64,000 nt of DNA, taken from IMG/VR virus record IMGVR_UViG_3300035034_002228, positions 17,796-81,795 of that record. One strand, 5' to 3'. The notes beneath the pieces were generated by a model. It worked only from the letters and a program-made list of their open reading frames with translations, was not told where the DNA came from and made no database searches. Origin of the DNA: a virus. Each line of letters starts with the position of its first letter. Position 1 is the stretch's first letter. The position numbers and the translations under genes were made by a program. Shown in pieces: positions 20,176-30,104 of the stretch.

Positions 20176-20727
20176 ATGCTGATTAATACTTCGAAGTCTG
20201 CCGAAAAGAACTTGATCGACCTGATCAACGCTGACAACGGCACTGCACTGACTTCCGCTGAAATCTCCATCGGCGTTCCTGCCGTATGGGACGAGCTGAC
20301 CGACACTGGCAGCGACACTGGTAACGACCGTAACACCAAAGTAACTGTTTCTGCTGTCGCTAACAGCGGTTACAAGGACTCTGTTGACATCCGTTACTAC
20401 CGTCTGGACCTGGACACTCTGCGTGGCGGTGTTTCCCTGGAGCACACCAAGTCTGAGGCGTCAACTGTTCAGTCCGTTATCGATGCGATCGCCACTCAGG
20501 TTGATCTGATCGAAACTGAACTGGCCCTGTTCGACGAAACCGGTACAGAGCTCAGCTCGCTGGTGGCTCTGAGCGAGCCCAAGGTATACACTGTTCGCGC
20601 CAAAGCGGACAGCGTGTGCTACATCGGTCAGATGGACGTTACCATCAACCCGATCCCGGTACCTGAAGTTCCGGTCGGTGATGAAGTGACCACCACTGAC
20701 ATGAGTGGTTTCGAATACCCGGCGTAA
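20176..20727 (+). CDS. Virion protein of the YxRxDL paralogue family
   Basis: GGAG RBS before ATG 20176; LIDLIN, RNT, YYRLDL, SVCYIG; C-terminal VTTTDMSGFEYP. Confidence 0.8.
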   Translation: MLINTSKSAEKNLIDLINADNGTALTSAEISIGVPAVWDELTDTGSDTGNDRNTKVTVSAVANSGYKDSVDIRYYRLDLDTLRGGVSLEHTKSEASTVQSVIDAIATQVDLIETELALFDETGTELSSLVALSEPKVYTVRAKADSVCYIGQMDVTINPIPVPEVPVGDEVTTTDMSGFEYPA

Positions 20728-20756
20728 TGTCTGATCCCTGATTTCGATTAGGGAAA

Positions 20757-20799
20757 CGACATAATAAAACCCCTCCCGTTTGGGAGGGGTTTTATGCCG
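20757..20799. terminator. Bidirectional terminator at a convergent junction
   Basis: ATAAAACCCCTCCC-GTTT-GGGAGGGGTTTTAT, with TATG(C/T)CG trailers on both strands. Confidence 0.85.
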
Positions 20800-20800
20800 T

Positions 20801-21538
20801 CTACAGGTCGGATTTGAGCATGCCAAACAAACTGACGGGCTCGGGTGCTTCGTCGGAGAACCCACTCAAGTCGGTCACGGTGATCAGTGACGACAAAGGT
20901 TCTACCGGTTCGTTGAACCCGGTGAGATCGGTCACCGTAATCGCCGGTATCAAACTGAACACCGGTGCACTGAACCCCGAGAGGTCGGTGGTGGTGATTC
21001 TTAGATTGACCGGGATCAGGTCGCTGTCTTCTGGCTCGTACAGGTAGCTGGTCTCTTTGACCCGCAACGTGATCCAACTGCCATCGGTGGGCACGGGATC
21101 GTCGTAAACGTCGTCCTCTGTTAAGGCGACTCCGTACCGGTAGTTAATGTCTACCAGCAAGTCGTGAACCGTGGTGGTGTCCGTCACGGTGGGACTGTAG
21201 TCCACCAACTCTTTACTCGGCAGGGCATTCAACAATCGAAAACGGTTGTATTGAACGTCCACGTACCGGGTCAATCCCGAGGCGGCTTTGGCAAAGATCC
21301 GTACCCGAGTGTTGTAGGGTTGGTTGTACTGTATTTCAGGAGATCCGAACTCCAAGTCGTTAAAGGTAAACCGCGTCTGGTTCAGGTCGTTGATGCGTTC
21401 CAACAACAACTGTTTACCGTACTTCGTAAAGTCCGGTAATCGTTTTCGACGCTTGAGGTATTTACCTTGAATGTAAGTGACCTTACCTCTGACGTTACTG
21501 GGTACAATCGGATCTTCTGAGGTCGTCGTATCCGACAT
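20801..21538 (-). CDS. YxRxDL-family virion protein with three C-terminal linker repeats
   Basis: GAGGT RBS before ATG 21538; YNRFRL, INYRYG, SYLY; three IT.TDL.GF repeats. Confidence 0.8.
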   Translation of the reverse strand: MSDTTTSEDPIVPSNVRGKVTYIQGKYLKRRKRLPDFTKYGKQLLLERINDLNQTRFTFNDLEFGSPEIQYNQPYNTRVRIFAKAASGLTRYVDVQYNRFRLLNALPSKELVDYSPTVTDTTTVHDLLVDINYRYGVALTEDDVYDDPVPTDGSWITLRVKETSYLYEPEDSDLIPVNLRITTTDLSGFSAPVFSLIPAITVTDLTGFNEPVEPLSSLITVTDLSGFSDEAPEPVSLFGMLKSDL

Positions 21539-21609
21539 GGTGACCTCACAGAGTGCATCGGTTGATTGTTCGTTTGTGTGGTGCTCAGTGAACACCACAC
21601 AAACCCCAG

Positions 21610-21942
21610 TTACGCGTTGTACTGCAGGTACACTCGACCGTCCGGTTGGTCACACTCGGTGTCCGCAAAATCCAAGATCAGTACGTGACTGAACTTAGCG
21701 TTGGTCGCCATCATGTCGTTGTTCGGCCCGTGGTACACGACCTCGGCGTTCAGCAGACTGTAGTCGTGTTCCGGGTTCACGTTCCAGTTCTGGCGCTTGG
21801 AGGGGCGAGGGTCGTTGTTCTGAAACACCCCGGCCATGAACTCGGCGTCTTGTCCAGTTAACACGTCACCGACGTCAAACCGTTTGAGGAATTCGGCGTC
21901 GGCAGTGAAGTCGACCGTGAAGAAGTAGTTTTTCCAAATCAT
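21610..21942 (-). CDS. Stand-alone C-terminal domain of the paralogue family
   Basis: AAGGA RBS before ATG 21942; DFT, YSL..AEVVY.G, N..FSHVLI, G.VYLQYN match the C-halves of the 25644, 28389 and 36168 proteins. Confidence 0.75.
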   Translation of the reverse strand: MIWKNYFFTVDFTADAEFLKRFDVGDVLTGQDAEFMAGVFQNNDPRPSKRQNWNVNPEHDYSLLNAEVVYHGPNNDMMATNAKFSHVLILDFADTECDQPDGRVYLQYNA

Positions 21943-21955
21943 GGTTGTGTCCTTA

Positions 21956-23308
21956 TTACTCGACGTGGGGTTCAATGAACCCCAGTTTGAATTGCAAACG
22001 GTTTAAGACCGTGGATTCCAACGAATCCCCAGTCGGACTGGATTCCTGACGGAACACCTGATAGTGCGCTGCCGGTTCGAACGTGGTGCTGGCAGGGAGT
22101 GTGATGTTGACGTCCGGTAGGGCCTCTTGTCCCACCCACGGCGTCAGTTTCATCTCTAAGGGCGCTGAGGCGTCCTCAGGTGCTCCCCACGCGTAGATCT
22201 CCGAGTAGATGATCTCTTCCCCTAACTCGTAAGTCGGGGGCTCTATGAGCACCGTAGCGTCTTCTGCGTTGGTGTCCCCGAGAACCCCCTGTACCGGCAC
22301 GCTGGGTGAGATTTTCAACCGGTTCATGGTACCAGCTGGGTTTTCACCCGAGTACGGTGTCCAATACTGACCGATCAAAAAGTTAGACACGTTCAGGTCC
22401 CGAACTTCCACATCACCAAGTTTGTCACTATGGGTAGATAACTCATCCAAATGTGAGGTATCCGCTACAAAGTAAAAGTCCGTCATTGAGAACTCTTGGT
22501 CCTGCGGCGCTCCCGCGTCGTAGTCATACTGGGACGTACGGCTAGCAGGACACCCGTATTTACTCCGTTGATCGTGCCGGCTGTAACGCTGTCCTTCGGT
22601 GGAGCGGGATTTTTCACCGAATTGGAAACGTAAATTTTCAAAATCAACGAGGACGTCTTTCGATAATATCAATGAAGTGACTTCGGTTTCATTTATCCAA
22701 CGACGCACCTTACCGGTTCGTCGATCCACCGAGACTTCAATGTACACGGCATTCCGAACCAAAGCGTTGTTGATTTCTTCTTTGGTGAAGATCGTCAGGT
22801 TTGAATCGGTGTAACGATTAACCCCATCCCCACCGGGTCGAAGTGCAATACTGGTCATCGCCGACCCTTCAAGAAACCCAGTCGGCAGATAGAGCCGACT
22901 GCCCATGTAGAACGTAGTCACTGATGGATCAGGAAAATACGCCCCCCACACTCGATCAAAATCCACTCCCAAACAGGGTGACCGAAGGCTAGAATCCGCC
23001 AGTCGTTTTCTGTTGGTCACCGTGGTGTCATGTTTCCGGGTGCGAACATAACAGCGATAGCTTGGGCGGATATAATAATCACTACAGTAACAGTAGGACA
23101 AAGGCTGACGTGACGAGTGATGAGGGTGTGTCGATAACCACCCTCTCTGATCGTACAATGTCAGTTTGAAATACGAGTTCTGCGTTGCGTTATTCTGGTT
23201 GTCTTCTAGGGCGATAAACGGTACGTTTTCAATCGCACTCAAGTCCACAAGGTTGTTGTGTTGCAATTGGGCCACCTCATCAAACCCGACAATACTTGTA
23301 ATAGCCAT
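21956..23308 (-). CDS. Hypothetical, probably fibre/receptor-binding-associated protein
   Basis: 450-aa ORF starting MAITSIVGFDE; lectin-like YIEV and DFYF segments; lies within the paralogue array. Confidence 0.65.
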   Translation of the reverse strand: MAITSIVGFDEVAQLQHNNLVDLSAIENVPFIALEDNQNNATQNSYFKLTLYDQRGWLSTHPHHSSRQPLSYCYCSDYYIRPSYRCYVRTRKHDTTVTNRKRLADSSLRSPCLGVDFDRVWGAYFPDPSVTTFYMGSRLYLPTGFLEGSAMTSIALRPGGDGVNRYTDSNLTIFTKEEINNALVRNAVYIEVSVDRRTGKVRRWINETEVTSLILSKDVLVDFENLRFQFGEKSRSTEGQRYSRHDQRSKYGCPASRTSQYDYDAGAPQDQEFSMTDFYFVADTSHLDELSTHSDKLGDVEVRDLNVSNFLIGQYWTPYSGENPAGTMNRLKISPSVPVQGVLGDTNAEDATVLIEPPTYELGEEIIYSEIYAWGAPEDASAPLEMKLTPWVGQEALPDVNITLPASTTFEPAAHYQVFRQESSPTGDSLESTVLNRLQFKLGFIEPHVE

Positions 23309-23319
23309 GTTTTACCTAC

Positions 23320-23796
23320 TTACCACAAGAGGTTGAGTCGGGTGAGTGTGGTTGACAAGGCCGGCAGGTTCTCAAAGTACAACCGATAAATCCCGTACCA
23401 GCGGTACGACTCCGGTCGCGCTTTGAGTTCCATGTTCCAACCTCGGACTGGGTCGTACACCAAGCCGCTGTCATAAACATCTGCCACCGTCAGTAAAATC
23501 CCGAGGCCTTGGGTGACCTCGTCCAACACGTGGTACAACCGCTGAGCCGCTGGATCGATGTTCGGTTTCACTGGTAACATGGTTTCCAGATCGGCCAGAT
23601 TCAAACGGTTGTAAGTAACAATGCCGGTACCGCGATACCGATACTCATCCTTCAGGGTCAACCGCAGTTTGTTGACTCCCGGTTCGGCGGTTGGGTACGT
23701 CGGACTTAGGATGGCATCCTCCACCGACAGGTACACTTTGGTTTGTCGGTTGACGTTCTTGTTGAAATCCACCAAGGGCGAATCACATAATGCCAT
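23320..23796 (-). CDS. Short YxRxDL-family virion protein
   Basis: AGGAG RBS; YNRLNL, SYRWYG. Confidence 0.78.
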   Translation of the reverse strand: MALCDSPLVDFNKNVNRQTKVYLSVEDAILSPTYPTAEPGVNKLRLTLKDEYRYRGTGIVTYNRLNLADLETMLPVKPNIDPAAQRLYHVLDEVTQGLGILLTVADVYDSGLVYDPVRGWNMELKARPESYRWYGIYRLYFENLPALSTTLTRLNLLW

Positions 23797-23807
23797 GACG
23801 ACTCTCC

Positions 23808-25592
23808 TTATTTAGGGTCGTAGTGGAACAGAACCGTGCCGGTAAACCACGAGTCTGGGTTTGCCCGGATGGCGTACACCCGTGAGAAGCGTAAGGCGTT
23901 GGCCTCGTCCACCGTGTCGTTGGGTAAGACGTACCGCATCACCGTCAGACCTTTCAAGCCGTTGGGTTCAGTATGTGGGATGGACGTGTCCAACTGCATG
24001 TCGTGAACGCGGTTGTAGTGGTCCACCAAAGCGTTCAGTACTGGGGTGTGTTTGTCCACCACCGCCCCACTGGGCAGGTCTTCAATCTGGTTCTCGTAAT
24101 GTCGACCGTAGTCAAACCCCCAACCAGTGAAGGTCAGGTACGGCTTGGTGTCCACTGGTTCGGATACAAAGCGTGGGTCCCACACGTAACCGTCGATCGC
24201 ATCGGTTTCAAGTACTTGATCGAGTTCTCGCTCACCAGGGTTCCAAATGAATTCCAGATGCCCCAAATACGTGAGTGATGTGTCCAGTACATTCAGTCGT
24301 TGTGGGTTGGATGACGGACTGAAGGTTTTCGTTTCGAAATCTTCCGGAATAAACTGGGTACCGAACTCTTCGTTGTAGAGATCCAACAACTGATCGCTGG
24401 TTAACCGGTTATTTTCGGTCCAGCGACGGAATACCACCTGACGGTGCTTGAAGAAGTTCTCCAGCACGATCCGACGGTAGTATAGGGTAAGCTTGCCTTT
24501 AAGACCGGAGTCGCGGCCGTGCCAGATGTCGATTTCGGTATTGACCGTTTGGTACTTGAAGTCCGGTTGATTCACCCGAGGGTTATCGTAGGCGATTAGA
24601 ACAATACCGGAACCACCCGACTGTCCTCTAGTGTACTTACTGGTGCTTTTACCGGCACCACCACCACCGGTGCCGGCAGTGCCTGCGCTCACGGAGTTGA
24701 CCGTTCGACCGTCACCCCCGCCACCTTTACCGCCGTATTTTTTAGTATGAACATACCCTGACGCACCGCCACCGGCAAACCACGCGTCGTCATTGATGAT
24801 TTCACCGTGGTCCAAACCGAAGACATCGGAAAAACGGTACTCATGGCCGTAAGGACCCATGTCGGGGGTCATACAACATAAACCGTCGCCACCGTTCCCG
24901 CTTTCAGGGCCTGTTTTATACCCGTCTTCTCCGGCGCCACCACCACCTAACGATTCATTGGCGTTACCCGTTGGGTCGAAGCCCCCGGGGTTACCAAAAC
25001 CGTAAAGCCCGCTCAAGCCAAATTGACGGGGTTGGAGTTCACGGCCCTGTCGGTAACCAACAACACTTGTTGAATGGTCGTGTGCAAAACCACCACTAGA
25101 CCCACCTGGGTGTCCTTGTGGGTCTACGAAATCACTGTCCCCACCGGTACCGCCGCCGAGACCCACCAGGCTGTTACCAAATTTGGAGGGCTGTCCTTGC
25201 GGTTCGGGGTTGTCACCGCCATTGGCGCCACGCCCAACTGCTATTTGGTTGAGACTTTCAACGGGGTGATTCGGGACAAACACCAAACCACCGGCACCAC
25301 CACCACCACCATCATGGTTGATAGTTCTTAGCGGCCCGCCACCGGCACCACCACCGCCAACAACGAGAACATCGACGTTCGTGACGCCCCGTGGGGGCAC
25401 CCAAACATGGTCTCCGATGTCAGTGAATGCCTTAACTACCCGATGCGACTGATTGTAACGAAGCGACGGGTACGGCTTTGGAGTACCCAACCGGGTGTTT
25501 TCAAGGGTGCGAAGGTCAATCCCAGTGTTGGGGTTCGCTTGGTTGATCAAATCGATCAATAATTGATTGGGTTTCTTTTCATAAAAGGCCAT
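23808..25592 (-). CDS. YxRxDL-family protein with an inserted glycine-rich domain
   Basis: MAFYEKKP..LLIDLIN.AN start, about 290-aa Gly-rich insert, then NTEI...YYRRI, SLTYLG and C-terminal VLFHYD. Confidence 0.82.
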   Translation of the reverse strand: MAFYEKKPNQLLIDLINQANPNTGIDLRTLENTRLGTPKPYPSLRYNQSHRVVKAFTDIGDHVWVPPRGVTNVDVLVVGGGGAGGGPLRTINHDGGGGGAGGLVFVPNHPVESLNQIAVGRGANGGDNPEPQGQPSKFGNSLVGLGGGTGGDSDFVDPQGHPGGSSGGFAHDHSTSVVGYRQGRELQPRQFGLSGLYGFGNPGGFDPTGNANESLGGGGAGEDGYKTGPESGNGGDGLCCMTPDMGPYGHEYRFSDVFGLDHGEIINDDAWFAGGGASGYVHTKKYGGKGGGGDGRTVNSVSAGTAGTGGGGAGKSTSKYTRGQSGGSGIVLIAYDNPRVNQPDFKYQTVNTEIDIWHGRDSGLKGKLTLYYRRIVLENFFKHRQVVFRRWTENNRLTSDQLLDLYNEEFGTQFIPEDFETKTFSPSSNPQRLNVLDTSLTYLGHLEFIWNPGERELDQVLETDAIDGYVWDPRFVSEPVDTKPYLTFTGWGFDYGRHYENQIEDLPSGAVVDKHTPVLNALVDHYNRVHDMQLDTSIPHTEPNGLKGLTVMRYVLPNDTVDEANALRFSRVYAIRANPDSWFTGTVLFHYDPK

Positions 25593-25643
25593 GCCTAATA
25601 CCCTTCGCATTCGTGGGGGTGGTTTGACCCACCCCCGTGTGAA

Positions 25644-26567
25644 TTACTGAACCAGCTTGGTCGGATCGAACACATCGTTGTAGTGCAGGTACATATCACC
25701 CGGCGGTGTGTCCACATCCGAACGCAGACGAATGCCCAAGACGTACTTATGCGACTTGTTGGTTGGTAACGCCTCGTCGTTGATACCACTGGCAATGATT
25801 TCGGCACCATGCAGACTCCACGCGGTGGCAACCGGGTCCAGGTTCCACAGCATCTTACCACTGCCGGTATCGATTTGCTGAATGGCGTCCAACAACGCCG
25901 TGTCGGTTTCGTCCACCACGTACTCGACTGGGTACGTTTCCAGCACGTCTTTCACTTCAGTGAAATCCAAAGAGTACATGTAAACAATGGCCGAGCCACG
26001 GGTACCGTCGTCGTTCTCAACCGGGTAGTCCAGACCTGGTAGAACGTCTTCGGTCATGAAATCCTTAAACTCGCCACGCCCTTCCTTGTGGGTCAACTGC
26101 AACGTACCGTACCAACGCAGTGACGTGTCTGTCGCGTGGATCTCGTAGATCGGGTCTTCGAGTTCGTTATCGTTGATGCGCACCAGTGGTTCATCGATGA
26201 TGTCTTCGGGGTCGATGATGATCCCGAACCGCAGCCAAATGGCCCGAATGAAATCATGCGTTGTCTGTGGCTGGTACACCTCTACCGTCATATCCACCAA
26301 CTTGGCCAGATCCGCCAAATTCAGACGGTCGTAAACCACAATCACCGTACCGTTGTAGTCTAGGCTGTCTTCGGTAGTGGTCATGCGAATGATTGTGTTC
26401 TTGTCGGTTGTCCCGGCTCGCCACGTATCCACCACCCGGGCCGGGGGTGAAAACATCACGTGATTGGAATTCATGTTAACGTTATTCGTGTGGGCAATGA
26501 ACTCCACCAACGCCTGATGGGAACTTCGATGTAAAGCCGCAAGGTTGTGAAACTGAGTGTCTTTCAT
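25644..26567 (-). CDS. YxRxDL-family virion protein
   Basis: YDRLNL, SLRWYG, LPGLDYP, DFT, MYLHYN. Confidence 0.82.
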   Translation of the reverse strand: MKDTQFHNLAALHRSSHQALVEFIAHTNNVNMNSNHVMFSPPARVVDTWRAGTTDKNTIIRMTTTEDSLDYNGTVIVVYDRLNLADLAKLVDMTVEVYQPQTTHDFIRAIWLRFGIIIDPEDIIDEPLVRINDNELEDPIYEIHATDTSLRWYGTLQLTHKEGRGEFKDFMTEDVLPGLDYPVENDDGTRGSAIVYMYSLDFTEVKDVLETYPVEYVVDETDTALLDAIQQIDTGSGKMLWNLDPVATAWSLHGAEIIASGINDEALPTNKSHKYVLGIRLRSDVDTPPGDMYLHYNDVFDPTKLVQ

Positions 26568-26576
26568 GCTAAGTCC

Positions 26577-27536
26577 TTACCGGTTGTAGTGGAAGTAAAG
26601 GTTACCAACGCCCCACGGACAGTCGGGTGGACATTCCAGAATGATCACGTAATTATAGAACTCCGCGTTGGCTTCTGGGTAGTTGCCGTTTGGCAGCGAT
26701 GTGTGAACGATGCCGAAGCCACTGAAATTGAACGGCGTGGTGCGATAGTCGTCAGCGTCGTTCCATGTCATGGTTGGAGTAACTCCCAACACCTCTTCGA
26801 ACACATGAGCGACGTCCTGTAAGAACCGATCATGAAATTCGTCGTCCCAGTTGTAGCCGATGTGATACCGACGGGTTTGCTGCCAGTCGTATGTATTGTT
26901 GAAATATTCCAGTGAGAAGTCCCGATCGTAGGTTACCGGTGTTAGGTACACCTTACGCTGTTCCGGGTCGGTGAAATCACTACCGCCAGGATAGTAGATA
27001 CCCACGGTTTCGTCTTCGGTAACGACGTCTTCCAATCCACGACGCCCAGACATCCAGTTGTACGCAACGCTTCCAACGTAAATGTAAGAATCAGTGAAGG
27101 CCCGCATGGTGTACAGTCGACCTTCATTGGCACCGTAGTAAGCGGTCATGTTCAGGTTCTGGATCTGTGTCTCATCCAACAGCAACCCGTACTGTTTAGA
27201 AAACAGTGGGAGAATATCGTAGAGAGTCGCAATTACTTGCCCGTTGTCGCCGGTGCCGTCGCTGCCTGGGAACCATTTCTGAATCCGAGGTGTGATGCCC
27301 CAGAACAGACGACCCAGGTCCAATCTGCGGTACGTCAGTACGATGTTGCCAAAGTACGGCGCCGTTGGGTGGGCGAACAATCGGATTTCGCTGTTGTGTC
27401 CCTCAGGGGTTTCAGTAATCGCAACCGGGTCCATGAACTCGTAATCGGTAGCGTTAATCGGGAACGGCAACTGCGGGTTTGCTTCGTTGATCAAATCAAC
27501 AAGCATTTGCTTGGGTGTTTTATCGTAGAAAAACAT
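26577..27536 (-). CDS. YxRxDL-family virion protein
   Basis: LVDLINEAN, YRRLDL, SYIYVG, LYFHYN. Confidence 0.82.
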   Translation of the reverse strand: MFFYDKTPKQMLVDLINEANPQLPFPINATDYEFMDPVAITETPEGHNSEIRLFAHPTAPYFGNIVLTYRRLDLGRLFWGITPRIQKWFPGSDGTGDNGQVIATLYDILPLFSKQYGLLLDETQIQNLNMTAYYGANEGRLYTMRAFTDSYIYVGSVAYNWMSGRRGLEDVVTEDETVGIYYPGGSDFTDPEQRKVYLTPVTYDRDFSLEYFNNTYDWQQTRRYHIGYNWDDEFHDRFLQDVAHVFEEVLGVTPTMTWNDADDYRTTPFNFSGFGIVHTSLPNGNYPEANAEFYNYVIILECPPDCPWGVGNLYFHYNR

Positions 27537-27557
27537 GAGATGTCCTTCGAAATTGGG

Positions 27558-28376
27558 TTACCAGTTAACGTCGTAATGGAAGTACAGTGGGCCTTTCACA
27601 GAACCCAAGGGCGTGCTTTGCACCAGAACGCGTTCAAAGGTGGGATTCGCCCCCGCCACTTGATCGGTCGGCAGATCCACCACGGTGGAGTTGTACCAGT
27701 ACGACAAGCGAGCCGCTTCTTGGCCCACCGTTTGCACGTCGGCGAAGTTATGCCACTGACCGCTCTCAGGATCGATCTGAAGGCGGTCTTTCCACGCAGT
27801 GAAGTCAACCCCCCAGGTCTGCATTCGACCCGACAGACGGCCGTTGAGAAACTCTATGTCGTCCGGGTGTTCCAACATGGGAAGCAGCTGAACCAACACC
27901 GAGCTGGCTAACAGCGGATTCCCATACGTGGTGGTGATCGTGACGGTACCCACCCACCGGTACGAGTTGTCGATCACTCGCAATTCCACCGGATGGATGG
28001 TTTCCAATGGAGCACCCTCAAACGCGCTCAAATCGGGTGTATCCAGGTCCCGCAATTCCAACTTCAACCCGTACTTGTGGTTGACCTTCGCCAGAAGCTT
28101 GTCCACCGTGAGGTCGTTTTCCCGAATGTTGGGGTTCATGCCTTCAAACAGACTGACCAGATCCCCACGCTTGTAGTAGACGTCGGTCTGACCGTCGTAG
28201 CCTTTGTAGGGAATCCCCTGAAGGGTAACGGCGGTGTTACGAGGCCCTTGGTCGGCGACGGAAAACGGCATCAAGACGCGGGGGTACTTGAAGACCACGT
28301 TGTCCTGTGTGATGACCCGAGGCAGGTCGTTTTGGGTATTGACCAAGTCAATGAGTTCGTCCAAACCGTTGATCAT
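27558..28376 (-). CDS. YxRxDL-family virion protein
   Basis: LIDLVN, RNT, YKRGDL, SYRWVG, TWGVDFT, LYFHYD. Confidence 0.82.
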   Translation of the reverse strand: MINGLDELIDLVNTQNDLPRVITQDNVVFKYPRVLMPFSVADQGPRNTAVTLQGIPYKGYDGQTDVYYKRGDLVSLFEGMNPNIRENDLTVDKLLAKVNHKYGLKLELRDLDTPDLSAFEGAPLETIHPVELRVIDNSYRWVGTVTITTTYGNPLLASSVLVQLLPMLEHPDDIEFLNGRLSGRMQTWGVDFTAWKDRLQIDPESGQWHNFADVQTVGQEAARLSYWYNSTVVDLPTDQVAGANPTFERVLVQSTPLGSVKGPLYFHYDVNW

Positions 28377-28388
28377 GGAATACCTCCG

Positions 28389-29240
28389 TTAGTAGCCCAG
28401 CGTGGCATGGGGGTCTGGACCGTGGTGAATCACCAAGTCGCCGTCCAGTGCCAAACATTGCGTTGGGTCAAGCCGTACGACGATCACCATGGGGTAGTCG
28501 TCGTTGGTGTTCGGGTAATCGGAAGTTGATCCGGAGAAGACGATCTGCGCATCCTTCAACGAATAATCCGAGGGACCGGAACCCAGCCAAGGATCGCCCG
28601 TGACGTCGTCCAGAACGGTCACCAACTCCAAACCAATGGGGTCACCTGTTTGAATGGTCTTCAGCGTTTCATGGTGATCGGTGAAGTCCTGCCAGAAACT
28701 GTAGAAATGGGCGAACACCCGATCCGTGGACTCGGTGGGGTAGTTCAAACCACCCAACGTGGTGGTCAGAACGTGTTCCTCCAACACCAAGTCGCCTTCG
28801 GTGGCGTTGATGTCCAACTGCCCAATCCACCCCAAGCTACCCGGTGTGGCTTCCAGCGTCACCGTTTTGTACGTGGTGTTGTCCACCACTGGGTGATCCA
28901 CCAGATCGCTGGGCGCGAAGTTCAACCCGTACCGTCGATTCAGTGAATCGATCACGTCATGGGTGGTGTTCAAGGTGGGTGCTTGAACGTAGATGTCCGC
29001 CAGCACGTCCAGATCGGCAATGTCCAGTCGGTTGTAATAAATGTCCACCGACCCCACGTACGGGGCGGCTGGGTTATTGGCCGTCAGGGTGATCTTGGAG
29101 TTGTAACTGGCCGTTGACCCTTCCGGCGGTGACGCCGGTAAGGGGTTTTCAAAGTCGTAGTCGCTTGGGTCGAGCTGGATGTTGTTTTCCGCTTCCACCA
29201 AACTCAATAGCGTTGACCGTGGGTCTTTATACAGAGACAT
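28389..29240 (-). CDS. YxRxDL-family virion protein
   Basis: YNRLDI, LNRRYG, SLGWIG, LGGLNYP, LVIHH. Confidence 0.82.
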   Translation of the reverse strand: MSLYKDPRSTLLSLVEAENNIQLDPSDYDFENPLPASPPEGSTASYNSKITLTANNPAAPYVGSVDIYYNRLDIADLDVLADIYVQAPTLNTTHDVIDSLNRRYGLNFAPSDLVDHPVVDNTTYKTVTLEATPGSLGWIGQLDINATEGDLVLEEHVLTTTLGGLNYPTESTDRVFAHFYSFWQDFTDHHETLKTIQTGDPIGLELVTVLDDVTGDPWLGSGPSDYSLKDAQIVFSGSTSDYPNTNDDYPMVIVVRLDPTQCLALDGDLVIHHGPDPHATLGY

Positions 29241-29249
29241 GTGGACCTC

Positions 29250-30086
29250 TTATGACAAATTGTAGTGGAAGTAAGCCGTGCCGATGTAGCCCCGTTCGTC
29301 GATTTGGGTCTGCACCACCACCCTCTGAAAATCCGAATTGGCCCGCTCAACGTCGCTGGTCGGATGGTCCGTCAGTGTCCCCGTTACCACTGGGGATTCG
29401 GCGTTGGATGGCCAAAGGGAAATCCCATACCGGTCTTCCAGTGCAATACACAGTGCCCCTAGGTTCACGAAGTCCCCACGGAAGTTGGCAGCGGTTGGAT
29501 CAACCGCCAACAGGTCAACGATGGGGGTGAAATCGAGTCCCCACGTCAACATGCCTGCGGAGGTCCGATTCGCCAGTAAGGGGTCGGGGTGTGTGAACGC
29601 CGCGATTAACGGATCGACCACTTCTTCCAACAACAACCAATGACGGTTAAAGGTCAGGGTAAACGATCCCGCGTAGAATCGGGAATCGGGTTTCGCAGTA
29701 ACCGTAAACTCCACCACCGCGTTGTTGCCTTCGGTGGTGAAATCCACGTCTTCGATGTCGTCGGTGGTGAACCGGGTCCCCAGGATTTTATTCAAACGCG
29801 GGAGTAGTCGATGCAACGACGACTGACTCAACGTCCGAATCGAGGGGTTGGCCACACCGCCGAACAACCGGTTCAATTCCAAACGACTGTACGCCACACG
29901 GACAGGGTCTTTTCGGTACCCCTGCCCGTGAACGCCCCGGACACCGACTTCCACCAACCCGGTTTCTGCATTAGGAGTTGCGCTGCCCAAAAGAACAGTC
30001 TCTTCTCCCAACGGGATGGGCAAGTCGTTCAGGGTGTTGATGGTGTCCAGTAACTGTTTTTTGGTGTCTTTATAAAACGCATCCAT
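29250..30086 (-). CDS. YxRxDL-family virion protein
   Basis: YSRLEL, SRFYAG, TWGLDFT, AYFHYN; closest to the 27558 gene. Confidence 0.82.
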   Translation of the reverse strand: MDAFYKDTKKQLLDTINTLNDLPIPLGEETVLLGSATPNAETGLVEVGVRGVHGQGYRKDPVRVAYSRLELNRLFGGVANPSIRTLSQSSLHRLLPRLNKILGTRFTTDDIEDVDFTTEGNNAVVEFTVTAKPDSRFYAGSFTLTFNRHWLLLEEVVDPLIAAFTHPDPLLANRTSAGMLTWGLDFTPIVDLLAVDPTAANFRGDFVNLGALCIALEDRYGISLWPSNAESPVVTGTLTDHPTSDVERANSDFQRVVVQTQIDERGYIGTAYFHYNLS

Positions 30087-30104
30087 AATGAGAATCCCGG
30101 ATTA

